A DNA stretch of 64,000 bases, taken from contig BEHM01000001.1 in the NCBI GenBank assembly GCA_002923315.1, positions 56,506 to 120,505 of the forward strand, given 5' to 3'. The position numbers and the translations under genes are program-made. The notes under the pieces were generated by a model. The model was given only the letters and a program-made list of their open reading frames with translations. It was not told where the DNA came from and made no database searches. Positions 9,260 through 18,305 of this stretch are shown here, piece by piece. How positions within the stretch are numbered: the first letter of the stretch is position 1; the number at the start of each line of letters is the position of its first letter. This DNA comes from a bacterium HR10 (lineage in GTDB: Bacteria > Acidobacteriota > Blastocatellia > HR10).

Positions 9260-10810
9260 ATGCGGTGGCCGCGATCGAGTGGCATTCTCCTGCATATCAC
9301 CTCGCTCCCGAGCCGAGGTGGGATTGGTGATCTCGGCCCGGAAGCGTATCGGTTCGTGGACTTCCTGGTCGAGACCGGTCAGCGCATCTGGGCGATCCTT
9401 CCCTTGGGCCCGACGGGATACGGCGATTCCCCCTATCAATGCTTCTCCGCTTTCGCCGGCAATCCCTTATTGATCAGTTTGGAGATGCTCGTCGAGGAGG
9501 GGCTCCTCTCACCGGAGGAGACAGAGGGCGTGGACTTCCCCGAGGGAACGGTGGAGTACGAGCGCGTGATCCCGTTCAAGATGGCGCGCTTGCGACAGGC
9601 CTTCGAACGGTTTCTGACGCGGGCGTCGGCGGAAGAGCAAGAGGCGTTCGAAATGTTTTGTCGGGAGAACGCGTGGTGGCTCGAGGACTATGCCCTCTTC
9701 ATGGCCGTGAAGGCGGCGCATGGTGGAGCCGTGTGGACGCAATGGGATCCGCCGATCGCTCATCGGGACCCGCAGGCCGTGGACCAGTGGCGGCGGACGT
9801 TGGCCCATGAGATCACTATGCGGAAGTATTGGGAGTTCCAGTTCTTTCGCCAATGGGCGGCGCTGCGCGCTTACTGTCGGCGACGCGGTATCTGGATCAT
9901 GGGCGATCTCCCGATCTACGTCGCTCACGATAGTGCCGACGTCTGGGCGCATCGCGATCTCTTCCATCTGGATGAGGACGGGAACCCCACGGTCGTCGCC
10001 GGAGTCCCGCCGGATTATTTCAGCGAGACCGGGCAGTTGTGGGGGAACCCGATCTATCGGTGGGACGTGATGGCTCGCACCGGATACGCGTGGTGGATTG
10101 ATCGGGTGCGATGGGCGCTGCAGCTTGTGGACATCATTCGGCTCGACCATTTCCGCGGATTCCAGGCGTATTGGGAGGTGCCGGCGACGGAGCCGACGGC
10201 CATTCGCGGTCGGTGGGTACAGGGACCGGGCGAGGCTTTCTTCGAAGCCTTGGGACGCGCGTTGGGCGAGTTGCCCATCGTGGCGGAGAACCTCGGTGTG
10301 ATCACGCCTGACGTCGAAGCCCTGCGCAAGCGCTTCGGATTCCCTGGAATGGCCGTCCTGCAGTTCGCGTTTGGCGGCGATCCGCGCACCTCTTCGTTTC
10401 TCCCGCACAATCATGAGCGTGATCTCGTGGTGTACACGGGCACGCATGATAACAATACGATCCTCGGGTGGTGGAGCGGCGAGGAGAGCACGCTCGCGCC
10501 GGAGCAGGCCGAGCGCGAGCGAGAGCTGGCGCGAAAATATCTCGACCTCGATGGTCGGCCCGTGCATTGGGCCTTCATCCGCGCCGCGCTCGGATCGGTG
10601 GCCGATCTGGCGATCATCCCTCTTCAGGATGTGCTGGGGCTGGGCAGCGAGGCGAGGATGAATCGCCCGGCGCGGCCGACGGGGAACTGGCGCTGGCGAT
10701 TTCGTCGCGAGATGTTGACGCCGGAGATCCGCGAACGATTGCGGGAGCTGACGTGGCTCTATGGCCGATTCCCCGATTGTTCGCCGGCGGGGGGCTTGGT
10801 ACAATGCTGA
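9260..10810 (+). CDS. malQ: 4-alpha-glucanotransferase (amylomaltase, GH77)
   Basis: Full-length GH77 similarity: GILLHITSLPS.GGIGDLG at the N-terminus, and a DLPIYVAHDSADVW / catalytic Asp-Glu context. Confidence 0.85.
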   Translation: MRWPRSSGILLHITSLPSRGGIGDLGPEAYRFVDFLVETGQRIWAILPLGPTGYGDSPYQCFSAFAGNPLLISLEMLVEEGLLSPEETEGVDFPEGTVEYERVIPFKMARLRQAFERFLTRASAEEQEAFEMFCRENAWWLEDYALFMAVKAAHGGAVWTQWDPPIAHRDPQAVDQWRRTLAHEITMRKYWEFQFFRQWAALRAYCRRRGIWIMGDLPIYVAHDSADVWAHRDLFHLDEDGNPTVVAGVPPDYFSETGQLWGNPIYRWDVMARTGYAWWIDRVRWALQLVDIIRLDHFRGFQAYWEVPATEPTAIRGRWVQGPGEAFFEALGRALGELPIVAENLGVITPDVEALRKRFGFPGMAVLQFAFGGDPRTSSFLPHNHERDLVVYTGTHDNNTILGWWSGEESTLAPEQAERERELARKYLDLDGRPVHWAFIRAALGSVADLAIIPLQDVLGLGSEARMNRPARPTGNWRWRFRREMLTPEIRERLRELTWLYGRFPDCSPAGGLVQC

Positions 10811-10814
10811 GGTG

Positions 10815-11813
10815 ATGATGGAGGACGAGAAGCTGATCGAGTGGGCGAAGAAGAGGTTGCCGGAGCTTTTACGCACGGACGAGGAGTTCCGCGCCCTTCT
10901 CCTCGGGACGCTCGTTCACTATCTCCCCACGCGTGAGGAGTTCACCGCTATTCTGGAACGGCTGGAACGCATCGAGCGCGAGTTGGAGGAGGTTCGCAAG
11001 GAACAGGTGGCTCTGCGTCAGGACTTCCAGGCCATGCAGCGGACGCTCATCGAGCAGGGACAGGCTATTTTGGCCATGCAGCAGGCGATCACCGAGCAGG
11101 GGCGGGCCATACATGAATTGCAGCAGACGGTGGCTGAGCAGGGGCAGGCCATACGGGAGTTACAACAGACAGTGGCCGAGCAGGGACGAGCCATACAAGG
11201 GCTGCAGCAGGCGGTAATGGAGTTGCAGCAGACGGTGGCTGAGCAGGGGCGGGCTATACAGGGACTGCAGCAGACGGTGGCTGAGCAAGGGCGAGCTATA
11301 CAGGAGTTGCAGCAGGCGGTTATTGAGCTGGGGCAAGCGGTTCGTGTTCTGTTCGAGCGAGTGGAGCGATTGGAAGTCGCGCATGCGGAATTAGCAGGAG
11401 AGGTACACGGATTGCGCCAAGAGATGCAGGGATTGCGCGAGGACTTCACGCGCTTGGAGCGGCGCGTGGATGTGGGATTCGCGCGGTTTGGAATCCTCTC
11501 GGAAGAGGTCCTTCGCCGTTCGCTTCAAGTGGCCATCGAGGCGTGGTTGAAGGCCGGGCGCGTGCAGACCATGGAATTGGCCGGACGCCAGGTGGACGTC
11601 GTGATTCGCGATGCCGAGCACGTCATTCTGGAGGTGACGGCGCGGGCGCATCTGCAGGACATTGACAAGTTGAAGATGGCCGCGCGAGACTACGAACGCC
11701 GATTTGGCGTGAGACCGCGGTTGGCCATCGCCTGCGCCTACATCACGCCTGTGGTCGTCGCGCGGTTGATCGAAGAGGGGATCGAACTGATCTCGGCGGA
11801 GGTTCCGGAATAA
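10815..11813 (+). CDS. coiled-coil tandem-repeat protein with a C-terminal DUF3782-like (putative PD-(D/E)XK-fold) domain
   Basis: The start is ATGATG, preceded by GAGGTG and lying 5 nt after the malQ stop. The central region is about 7 heptad-based 14-aa repeats (LQQTVAEQGRAIQE). The C-terminal roughly 110 aa (VDVVIRDAEHVILEVTAR...) resembles DUF3782. Confidence 0.6.
   Translation: MMEDEKLIEWAKKRLPELLRTDEEFRALLLGTLVHYLPTREEFTAILERLERIERELEEVRKEQVALRQDFQAMQRTLIEQGQAILAMQQAITEQGRAIHELQQTVAEQGQAIRELQQTVAEQGRAIQGLQQAVMELQQTVAEQGRAIQGLQQTVAEQGRAIQELQQAVIELGQAVRVLFERVERLEVAHAELAGEVHGLRQEMQGLREDFTRLERRVDVGFARFGILSEEVLRRSLQVAIEAWLKAGRVQTMELAGRQVDVVIRDAEHVILEVTARAHLQDIDKLKMAARDYERRFGVRPRLAIACAYITPVVVARLIEEGIELISAEVPE
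11034..11327 (+). repeat. 42-bp in-frame tandem repeat array (6 full units plus two 21-bp half units) inside the coiled-coil gene
   Basis: Units begin at 11034, 11076, 11118, 11160, (half unit at 11202), 11223, 11265 and (half unit at 11307). The consensus is TTG CAG CAG ACG GTG GCT GAG CAG GGG CGG GCC ATA CAG GAG. Each unit carries a rare ATA codon. Confidence 0.8.
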
Positions 11814-11842
11814 GCGTCCTCGCCTTCGTCAGTGGAGCTCGG

Positions 11843-14461
11843 CTATTCCCCCTTGGCATCCATCCAGTTGCGCCCCAGGCCGATCTCGACCACGAGGGGG
11901 ACGTTCAAACGATGCACATTCTCCATCTCCAGCTTGACGAGCGAGGGGACGATCTCCCGCTCCTCCTCTGGGACCTCCAGCAGCAACTCGTCGTGCACCT
12001 GCAGCAAGAGGCGGCTCTTGAGGTTTTGCCGGCGCAGGGCATGATGGACGCGGATCATGGCGAGCTTCACCAGATCGGCCGCCGTCCCCTGAATGGGCGC
12101 ATTGATCGCCTCGCGCTCGGCGCGGGCGCGCAGGCTCGGATTTTTGTTGGCGATGTCCGGGATCGGTCGGATGCGCCCGAAGAGCGTGCGCACGTATCCG
12201 GTGCGCCGCGCCTGCTTGGGCGTCTCGTCCATGAACCGACGCACGCCGCGATAGGTGCGATAGTAGTTCTCGATCACGCGGTGGGCTTCTCGACGCGAGA
12301 GGCCCGTGCGTTGCGCCAGACCGAAGGCGCCGATGCTATAGGCGATACCGAAGTTGACGATCTTGGCCAAGCGTCGCAGCTCTTGCTCTTGTTCGGGCGT
12401 CTGCGCGCCGAAGATTGTTCGGGCGACATGCGCGTGGATGTCGAGACCGCGCCGGAAGGCTTCGGTCATCTCCGGATCGCCGGTGATATGGGCCAGGATG
12501 CGCAGCTCGATCTGCGAATAATCGGCCGAGAGCAAGAGCCATCCTGGTTCGGCGACGAACGCGCGGCGAATCCGGCGGCCCAAGGGGGTGCGCACGGGAA
12601 TGTTTTGCAGGTTGGGGGAGGCCGAGGAGAGTCGCCCCGTCGCCGTCCCCGTCTGATTGAACGTCGTATGCACACGTCCGGTCGTCGGATTCACGAGTCG
12701 AGGCAGGGCATCAATGTAGGTGCTCTTCAGTTTCACCAATTCGCGATATTCGAGGATGAGGCGGGGCAGCTCGTGCTCTTCGGCCAGCTCCTCGAGCACA
12801 TCGGCGCTGGTCGAGATGCGCCCGGTCTTCTTCGTCCGCCGCGTGACGACTAGGCCGTGCGCCTCCAGGACTTCTCCCACTTGCTGCGGGGAGTTGATGT
12901 TGAATTCGCGCCCCGCCACGTGATGAATACGTCGCGTGAGCGCTTCGATCTCCCGCTCCAGCTCTTCCGAGGCTTCTCGGAGCGCGTCCACGTCTACCCG
13001 CACGCCGATCCGCTCCATCTCGGCGAGGATGCCGATGAGCGGGAGCTCGATCTCCCGGTAGACGCGCTCCAGCTCCAGCTCGGCCAGTCGCTTCGCGAGC
13101 ACACCGTTGAGGCGGAGGATCACGTCCGCCTCCCGCGCGCTCGCCCTCCAGGAATCGGGAGCGTCATCCCACTCGATCCGCAGATGTTCGCGGGCGAGCG
13201 CGCGGAGGTCGTACTTGCCGCGATTCGGATTGAGGAGCCACGCAGCGATCATGACGTCCTCGAGCGTCCCTTCCGGGACGATCCCCCGCTCGGCGAAGAC
13301 CTTCACCGCCGATTTCGCATCATGCGTGCATTTGACGATCAATCCGTTCTCGAGGATCTCTCGCACCATCTCCCACGCCGCTGGCCACGTCGTCAGGTCC
13401 ACGTAGGCGGCCGCGCGAGGTTCGATCGCCATGGCGATGCCGCGCGCATCTCCATTCGCCCAAGAGAGCGCGAAGGCGAAGCGATCCGCCGCCCAGATGC
13501 GGTCCATCCATTTCCGGAGCGCGCGTTCGTCGGAGAGCTGGAGGTAATCCCCGGCCGCCTCTCTCGCCACGACCTCTGTCACCCGCTCGGCCGCGAGCTT
13601 CTCCACGTCCACGAGGTCCTTGAGCAGGGAGGTGAATTCCAGCTCGGTGAACAACTCGTACGTGCGGCGCGGGTCGGGCCCTCGGTACCGGAGTCGGTCC
13701 AGCTCGATGTCCAGGGGGAGGTCGGTTCGGATCGTCACCAGCTCGCGCGAGGTGAGGATGAGATCGCGATGGTCGCGCAGCGATTCCCGATACGATTTCT
13801 TCTCGACCTTCTCCCAATTGGCGAGCACTTGTTCCAGCGAGCCGAACTGACGGATGAGCTGCACGGCTCCCTTCTCCCCGATCCCCGGGGCTCCAGGAAT
13901 GTTATCCGTTGAGTCCCCCCAGAGCGCGAGGAGGTCCACGACCTGATCCGGTCTGACGCCCAAGCGCTCTTGGACGCCTTTCTCGTCGAGATAGACGTAG
14001 GTCTGGCGATCAGCTCTGAGGATGCGAATGTTCTCGCTCACGAGTTGGCAGAGGTCTTTATCGTTGGAGACAATGACGACCTCCATGCCCTGCTCGGCAG
14101 CCCGTCGGGCGAGCGTCCCGATGACGTCGTCGGCCTCGTAGCCAGAGATGGCGAGGACGGGAACGCCCAGCGCCTCGCACACGCGGTGGATGTAGGGGAT
14201 TTGCAGTGCGAGATCATCGGGCATCTCCGTGCGGTTGGCCTTGTACTCGGGGAAGACCTCGTGCCGGAACGTCGGCTCCCCCGTGTCGAAGACGACGGCG
14301 AGATACTCCGGCTTCTCCTCAAGGATGAGCTTCCGGAGCATGGTTGTGAAACCGTAGATGGCGTTCGTGGGGAAGCCGCGCGAGGTCGCCAGGCCGCGAA
14401 TCGCATAGTACGCGCGGAAGATGTTGGACATGCCATCCACGAGGAATACGCGCTGCTTCAT
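11843..14461 (-). CDS. polA: DNA polymerase I
   Basis: It has the 5'-3' exonuclease N-terminus (VFLVDGMSNIFRAYYA), a proofreading-like middle domain, and the polymerase motifs (RRxAKxxNFGxxYG, QVHDELL). Confidence 0.9.
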   Translation of the reverse strand: MKQRVFLVDGMSNIFRAYYAIRGLATSRGFPTNAIYGFTTMLRKLILEEKPEYLAVVFDTGEPTFRHEVFPEYKANRTEMPDDLALQIPYIHRVCEALGVPVLAISGYEADDVIGTLARRAAEQGMEVVIVSNDKDLCQLVSENIRILRADRQTYVYLDEKGVQERLGVRPDQVVDLLALWGDSTDNIPGAPGIGEKGAVQLIRQFGSLEQVLANWEKVEKKSYRESLRDHRDLILTSRELVTIRTDLPLDIELDRLRYRGPDPRRTYELFTELEFTSLLKDLVDVEKLAAERVTEVVAREAAGDYLQLSDERALRKWMDRIWAADRFAFALSWANGDARGIAMAIEPRAAAYVDLTTWPAAWEMVREILENGLIVKCTHDAKSAVKVFAERGIVPEGTLEDVMIAAWLLNPNRGKYDLRALAREHLRIEWDDAPDSWRASAREADVILRLNGVLAKRLAELELERVYREIELPLIGILAEMERIGVRVDVDALREASEELEREIEALTRRIHHVAGREFNINSPQQVGEVLEAHGLVVTRRTKKTGRISTSADVLEELAEEHELPRLILEYRELVKLKSTYIDALPRLVNPTTGRVHTTFNQTGTATGRLSSASPNLQNIPVRTPLGRRIRRAFVAEPGWLLLSADYSQIELRILAHITGDPEMTEAFRRGLDIHAHVARTIFGAQTPEQEQELRRLAKIVNFGIAYSIGAFGLAQRTGLSRREAHRVIENYYRTYRGVRRFMDETPKQARRTGYVRTLFGRIRPIPDIANKNPSLRARAEREAINAPIQGTAADLVKLAMIRVHHALRRQNLKSRLLLQVHDELLLEVPEEEREIVPSLVKLEMENVHRLNVPLVVEIGLGRNWMDAKGE

Positions 14462-14606
14462 AAGGCTTCTATTGTACCCTCACTTCTCCCCCCTTCACAA
14501 CAGATGCGCGTCACCCCCTCCGGGGGAGGGCCGTCAGGTTGACGGCGCGCGTCACGCTCTTTAAGCTTGGGGGCTCATCTGGAGAGGCTGAACGGAGGCA
14601 GGGGAT

Positions 14607-15605
14607 ATGCGAGATCGTGGCATCGCGCGATACCTGGCGCTCGTCGTGGTGTTCGCTGTGGCGTCGGGGGATTTCGGAGGGTTCAGAACGGCGGCTCGGC
14701 CGTCTCCGCAACTCCGGGCCATCATCACCGGTCGGAGCCTCGCGTTCTCGCCCGATGGTCAGCTCATCGCCACGACTGGAGAGTATGGGTGGGTCTTGCT
14801 CTTCCGCGTCGCCGATGGAGGCCTCGTGCGGATCTTCGGAGGACATATTGGGCCGACCATGTTCGTCACCTTCTCTCCTTCCGGAACATTGCTGGCCTCC
14901 GGGAGCCTCGATGAGAATTTCCATCTCCATCGCGTCTCCGACGGCCAACTCGTCATGACGCAGGTCGGACATCAAATGGGCATTAATGCCATCGTGTTCA
15001 CGGCCGATGAGGCGCTGATGGCATCGGCCAGCACGGATCGTGATATTCGCATCTGGCGCGTGGCGGAGAATCCGGCGTTGCGGATTCTCCGTGGACATCG
15101 AAATCGCGTGGAAGCGCTCGTGCTGACGCCCGATGAGCGCGAGCTGATCTCCGCCGGGTTCGACGGCACGATCCGTTTCTGGCAATTTCCCGACGGGCGC
15201 GCGCTCGAGGTGCTCGCGGCTCACGATGAGCGTATCCTCGCCCTCGCGCTCTCCCCAGATGGGGAATGGCTGGCGTCGGCAGGAGCTGATCGCGCGATCA
15301 AGATCTGGAACCGGCGGGCGCGGACGCTCGCCATGGTGCTCGAAGGGCATGAGAAGGCCGTGAATGCGTTGGCCTTCTCGCCCGACGGAGCGCTCTTGGC
15401 GTCGGCGAGCGAGGATCGAACGGTTCGGCTCTGGCGCCTCTCCGATGGCGCGCTCGTTCAGACGATTCCCGCTCATGCGGGGGGCGTCTTCGATGTCGCG
15501 TTCTCCCCGGATGGGGCGCTGCTGGCATCCAGTGGATCGGATCGCGCGATCCGCCTCTGGGCTGTGAGCGATGGGAGCCTTTGGCGGACGATCACATCAC
15601 CATAG
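14607..15605 (+). CDS. WD40-repeat protein with an N-terminal signal/anchor
   Basis: Seven WD repeats (GH...SPDG..LAS.S.D..I.LW). Confidence 0.8.
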   Translation: MRDRGIARYLALVVVFAVASGDFGGFRTAARPSPQLRAIITGRSLAFSPDGQLIATTGEYGWVLLFRVADGGLVRIFGGHIGPTMFVTFSPSGTLLASGSLDENFHLHRVSDGQLVMTQVGHQMGINAIVFTADEALMASASTDRDIRIWRVAENPALRILRGHRNRVEALVLTPDERELISAGFDGTIRFWQFPDGRALEVLAAHDERILALALSPDGEWLASAGADRAIKIWNRRARTLAMVLEGHEKAVNALAFSPDGALLASASEDRTVRLWRLSDGALVQTIPAHAGGVFDVAFSPDGALLASSGSDRAIRLWAVSDGSLWRTITSP

Positions 15606-15616
15606 ATGCGCGGGAC

Positions 15617-17227
15617 TCATCTCCTCCCCTGGTCCGGCGTCGCGCTCATTAAGGAGGGGAGGATGACGATCTCGACGCGTTGGTTCCGGCGCCGCGCTTG
15701 AGGGGTATTCCCCCGCTCCAAGGGGGCTTCGGCTCCCCGACCCACGGGCTTCAAGCGTTCGCTCGGCACGCCCTTGGACATGAGGTAGGCGGCGACGGCC
15801 GCGGCGTTCGCCTCGGAGAGGGCTTTGAGGCGGTCCGCCGGAGCCGATCCGCTCACATGCCCTTCGATCACGTACGTCCCGAGCGGGAAAGTCGCCAGAA
15901 TCGTCGCGATGTAGTCGAGCTTCGGGAGGACTTCACGTCGCAGTTGCGGCGTGCCCGAGGCGAGCTGTCGCTGCGGCATGAAGAGTTCCGCGTTCGGCAG
16001 CACGACGATGAAGCGATCCTCCTCGTCGCGGGTCTCGGCGACACGCGCCAAGGCGAGCTTCGCGCGATGCTCGTTGATGGAGATGCTGCTCCGTCGCAGG
16101 AGGCGCAGCTCCTCGGTCAGGGCTCTTGCGCGCGTTTGTTCCTCGGTGAGCTGTCGGGCGAGCCGTTCCAGCTCCTCCCAATATCGCCGTTCTGACTCCG
16201 CCTGTTGGGCCAGGCGTCGCTCCGCTTGTGCGAGCGCAGCGGTGGTGGCGTCCAAGCGGTTCCGAAGATCACTCAGCTCGCGCTCCCGCTCCTGCAGGCG
16301 CTCGTGCAAGTGCTCGCGCTCCGAGGTCAGGCGCTTCAGGTCCTCGCGCAGCTCGCGCACCTGATCCTCCAGATCGGCGAGCGCCATCTCTCGCTTCCGC
16401 TGTTCGGCCGCCTCCCGCCGTTCGCGGGCGAGCCGGCGCGCGAGCTCCGACATGAGGATCGCCCGTCGGGCCAGGATGGCCGCGCGCTCGTCAAATCCCC
16501 GCTCGAAGGCGCGTTCGGCGTCCTCCAGCAGCGCTTCAGCCCGCTTCATCTCCGAATCGGCATATTCGTTCACGCGAAAGAACCGAGCCAGGTCCAGCGC
16601 TCGGCGCGCTTCCAGCAGTTCCACGGGCATCTCCCGATCCCGCTCGGTGCTCACCCGCTCCTCGCGCCAGGGCACGCTCTCCATCCCGATATCGCCGCGG
16701 AAGTGCACTTCGACGGGTTCCGTCTCCAACCCCTCCTTCTCCTCGGGCGGTAAGCTCGCCAGCACGACCTCGCGACTCGGGGCCTCGACCAGAAAATGCG
16801 GTTCGGCCGTCATCACCACGCAGAACGTGCGATGGCGCGTCGCCGTCTCGATCGTCCCTCCCCAAGAGCGCGCGAAGATGCGCAGGATGCTCGTCTTTCG
16901 TGGACGAAATTCCCCGATGTTCTCCACCAGACCTTCCGGGGTGACGGCCCAGAAGACGTAGGTCGTGTACTGCTTGTGGCTCGGTGGATCGAGATCCTTC
17001 ACCGTGATCGTGAGCCGTGCGATCCCATCTTTGTACTGGACCGTCGCCGTGCCCGTTGTGCGGCTGTAGCGGGTCGTCCCGCGCAGCTTCAGCTCGATTT
17101 TTCGATCTTGGGGGAACGTGGCGGCTGTCGCCCGGAAGACGAAGTCGCTGCGCTCCTGAGCGAGAGCGGCGCCGTGCAGGAGGAGTCCCAAGACGCCGGC
17201 GCTCATCGCAGATCGTCGTGACCTCAT
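15617..17227 (-). CDS. OmpA/MotB-domain protein with a central coiled coil
   Basis: It has a signal peptide (LGLLLHGAALA), a long charged coiled coil (ERRE/AEQRKRE...), and a C-terminal OmpA-like peptidoglycan-binding domain (NQRVEIVI). A 4-bp ATGA overlap with the upstream VWA gene indicates coupling. Confidence 0.75.
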   Translation of the reverse strand: MRSRRSAMSAGVLGLLLHGAALAQERSDFVFRATAATFPQDRKIELKLRGTTRYSRTTGTATVQYKDGIARLTITVKDLDPPSHKQYTTYVFWAVTPEGLVENIGEFRPRKTSILRIFARSWGGTIETATRHRTFCVVMTAEPHFLVEAPSREVVLASLPPEEKEGLETEPVEVHFRGDIGMESVPWREERVSTERDREMPVELLEARRALDLARFFRVNEYADSEMKRAEALLEDAERAFERGFDERAAILARRAILMSELARRLARERREAAEQRKREMALADLEDQVRELREDLKRLTSEREHLHERLQERERELSDLRNRLDATTAALAQAERRLAQQAESERRYWEELERLARQLTEEQTRARALTEELRLLRRSSISINEHRAKLALARVAETRDEEDRFIVVLPNAELFMPQRQLASGTPQLRREVLPKLDYIATILATFPLGTYVIEGHVSGSAPADRLKALSEANAAAVAAYLMSKGVPSERLKPVGRGAEAPLERGNTPQARRRNQRVEIVILPSLMSATPDQGRR

Positions 17228-18258
17228 TGTCCCCTCCTCCCTTCGGATTCAGAAGCCTTCGGGGCGAAGTATCCCGCGCGGTGGCGCGCGACCGCACCCG
17301 GACGTCCGAGGATTTGTACCTGGAGCCGACGGAAGCCCCCGTCGCGCGCGGTGTTCGTCGGATAGTAGGCGAGCAGGAACTGACTGCTCAGATCCTCGGC
17401 GATCTGCCGGAAGGCATCGAAGAGCGTTCGTTCATCCGTGGGGTAGTAAGCGCGCCCGCCCGTGAGCGTGGTCAGCGCGTCGAGCGTCCGCGCGTTCACA
17501 TCGGCGAAGCGGAATGAATCGCTCACGCCGATGGCGTAGATCAAAATGCCCGAGCGCTGAGCCCGCGCGATCACGTCCGCTTCAGCATACCGGCTGCTCG
17601 TGTCGTGGCCATCGGTGATGAGGATGAGGGCGCGTCGAATCCGGTGCTCATGGCGCTTGAGCACGCGTTGGGCGAGCGCTCCGTCCAGGACCTCCTCAAG
17701 CGCGATATAGGCCGCATCATAGAGGGCCGTCCCTTGGCTCGCATATCCGGTATCCTCGCGGACGAGCGTCCGCAACGCGTCGCGCAGTCGGCGCTCGTCG
17801 CTCGTCAACCCGCAGTGCAGGCGCGTCACGCCGCGAAATGTGAGAAGCGCAGCGTGGTCCTTCCCCCAGCGGAAGAACTGCGCGAAGAACCGCTCGGCCG
17901 CGGCCCGCTCCTTAGGCCAGGTGAATTCCTGGCTCCCGCTGAAATCCACAGCCAGAGCGACGAGCATCGGCAACTCCTGCGTTCGTCCGAAGAATTCGAT
18001 CTTCTGCTCCACGCCATCTTCGAAGATGCGCACCTCCTCGCGCCGCAGATCCGTGACCGGTCGGTTCTGCGCATCCGTGACGGTGAAGACGACGTCCACC
18101 AGCGTGCTCTCCAGAGAGAGGACAGCCTCCTGGGGCTCCGACGTGGCGCGCGGAGGAGGCGGGGTCGACTCCTGTCTGGATGGGACAAGCGCGAGGTTAC
18201 CCCACAGGAGCGTGAGAATCAGGCTCACGATGATCCGGTCGCCGTGCGCTCGCTTCAT
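17224..18258 (-). CDS. von Willebrand factor A (VWA) domain protein
   Basis: It has an N-terminal signal/anchor, a VWA MIDAS context (LAVDFSGS...), and the typical BatA/VWA length. Confidence 0.8.
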   Translation of the reverse strand: MKRAHGDRIIVSLILTLLWGNLALVPSRQESTPPPPRATSEPQEAVLSLESTLVDVVFTVTDAQNRPVTDLRREEVRIFEDGVEQKIEFFGRTQELPMLVALAVDFSGSQEFTWPKERAAAERFFAQFFRWGKDHAALLTFRGVTRLHCGLTSDERRLRDALRTLVREDTGYASQGTALYDAAYIALEEVLDGALAQRVLKRHEHRIRRALILITDGHDTSSRYAEADVIARAQRSGILIYAIGVSDSFRFADVNARTLDALTTLTGGRAYYPTDERTLFDAFRQIAEDLSSQFLLAYYPTNTARDGGFRRLQVQILGRPGAVARHRAGYFAPKASESEGRRGQ

Positions 18259-18305
18259 CTTCGGTCACCGGGGTATTGTACCATACGTCGCGAAGCCGAT
18301 GAGGG

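Noticed and set aside
14511-14527. CCCCCTCCGGGGGAGGG near the polA / WD40 divergent region.
   Set aside because: It looks palindromic but is not a true inverted repeat when reverse-complemented.
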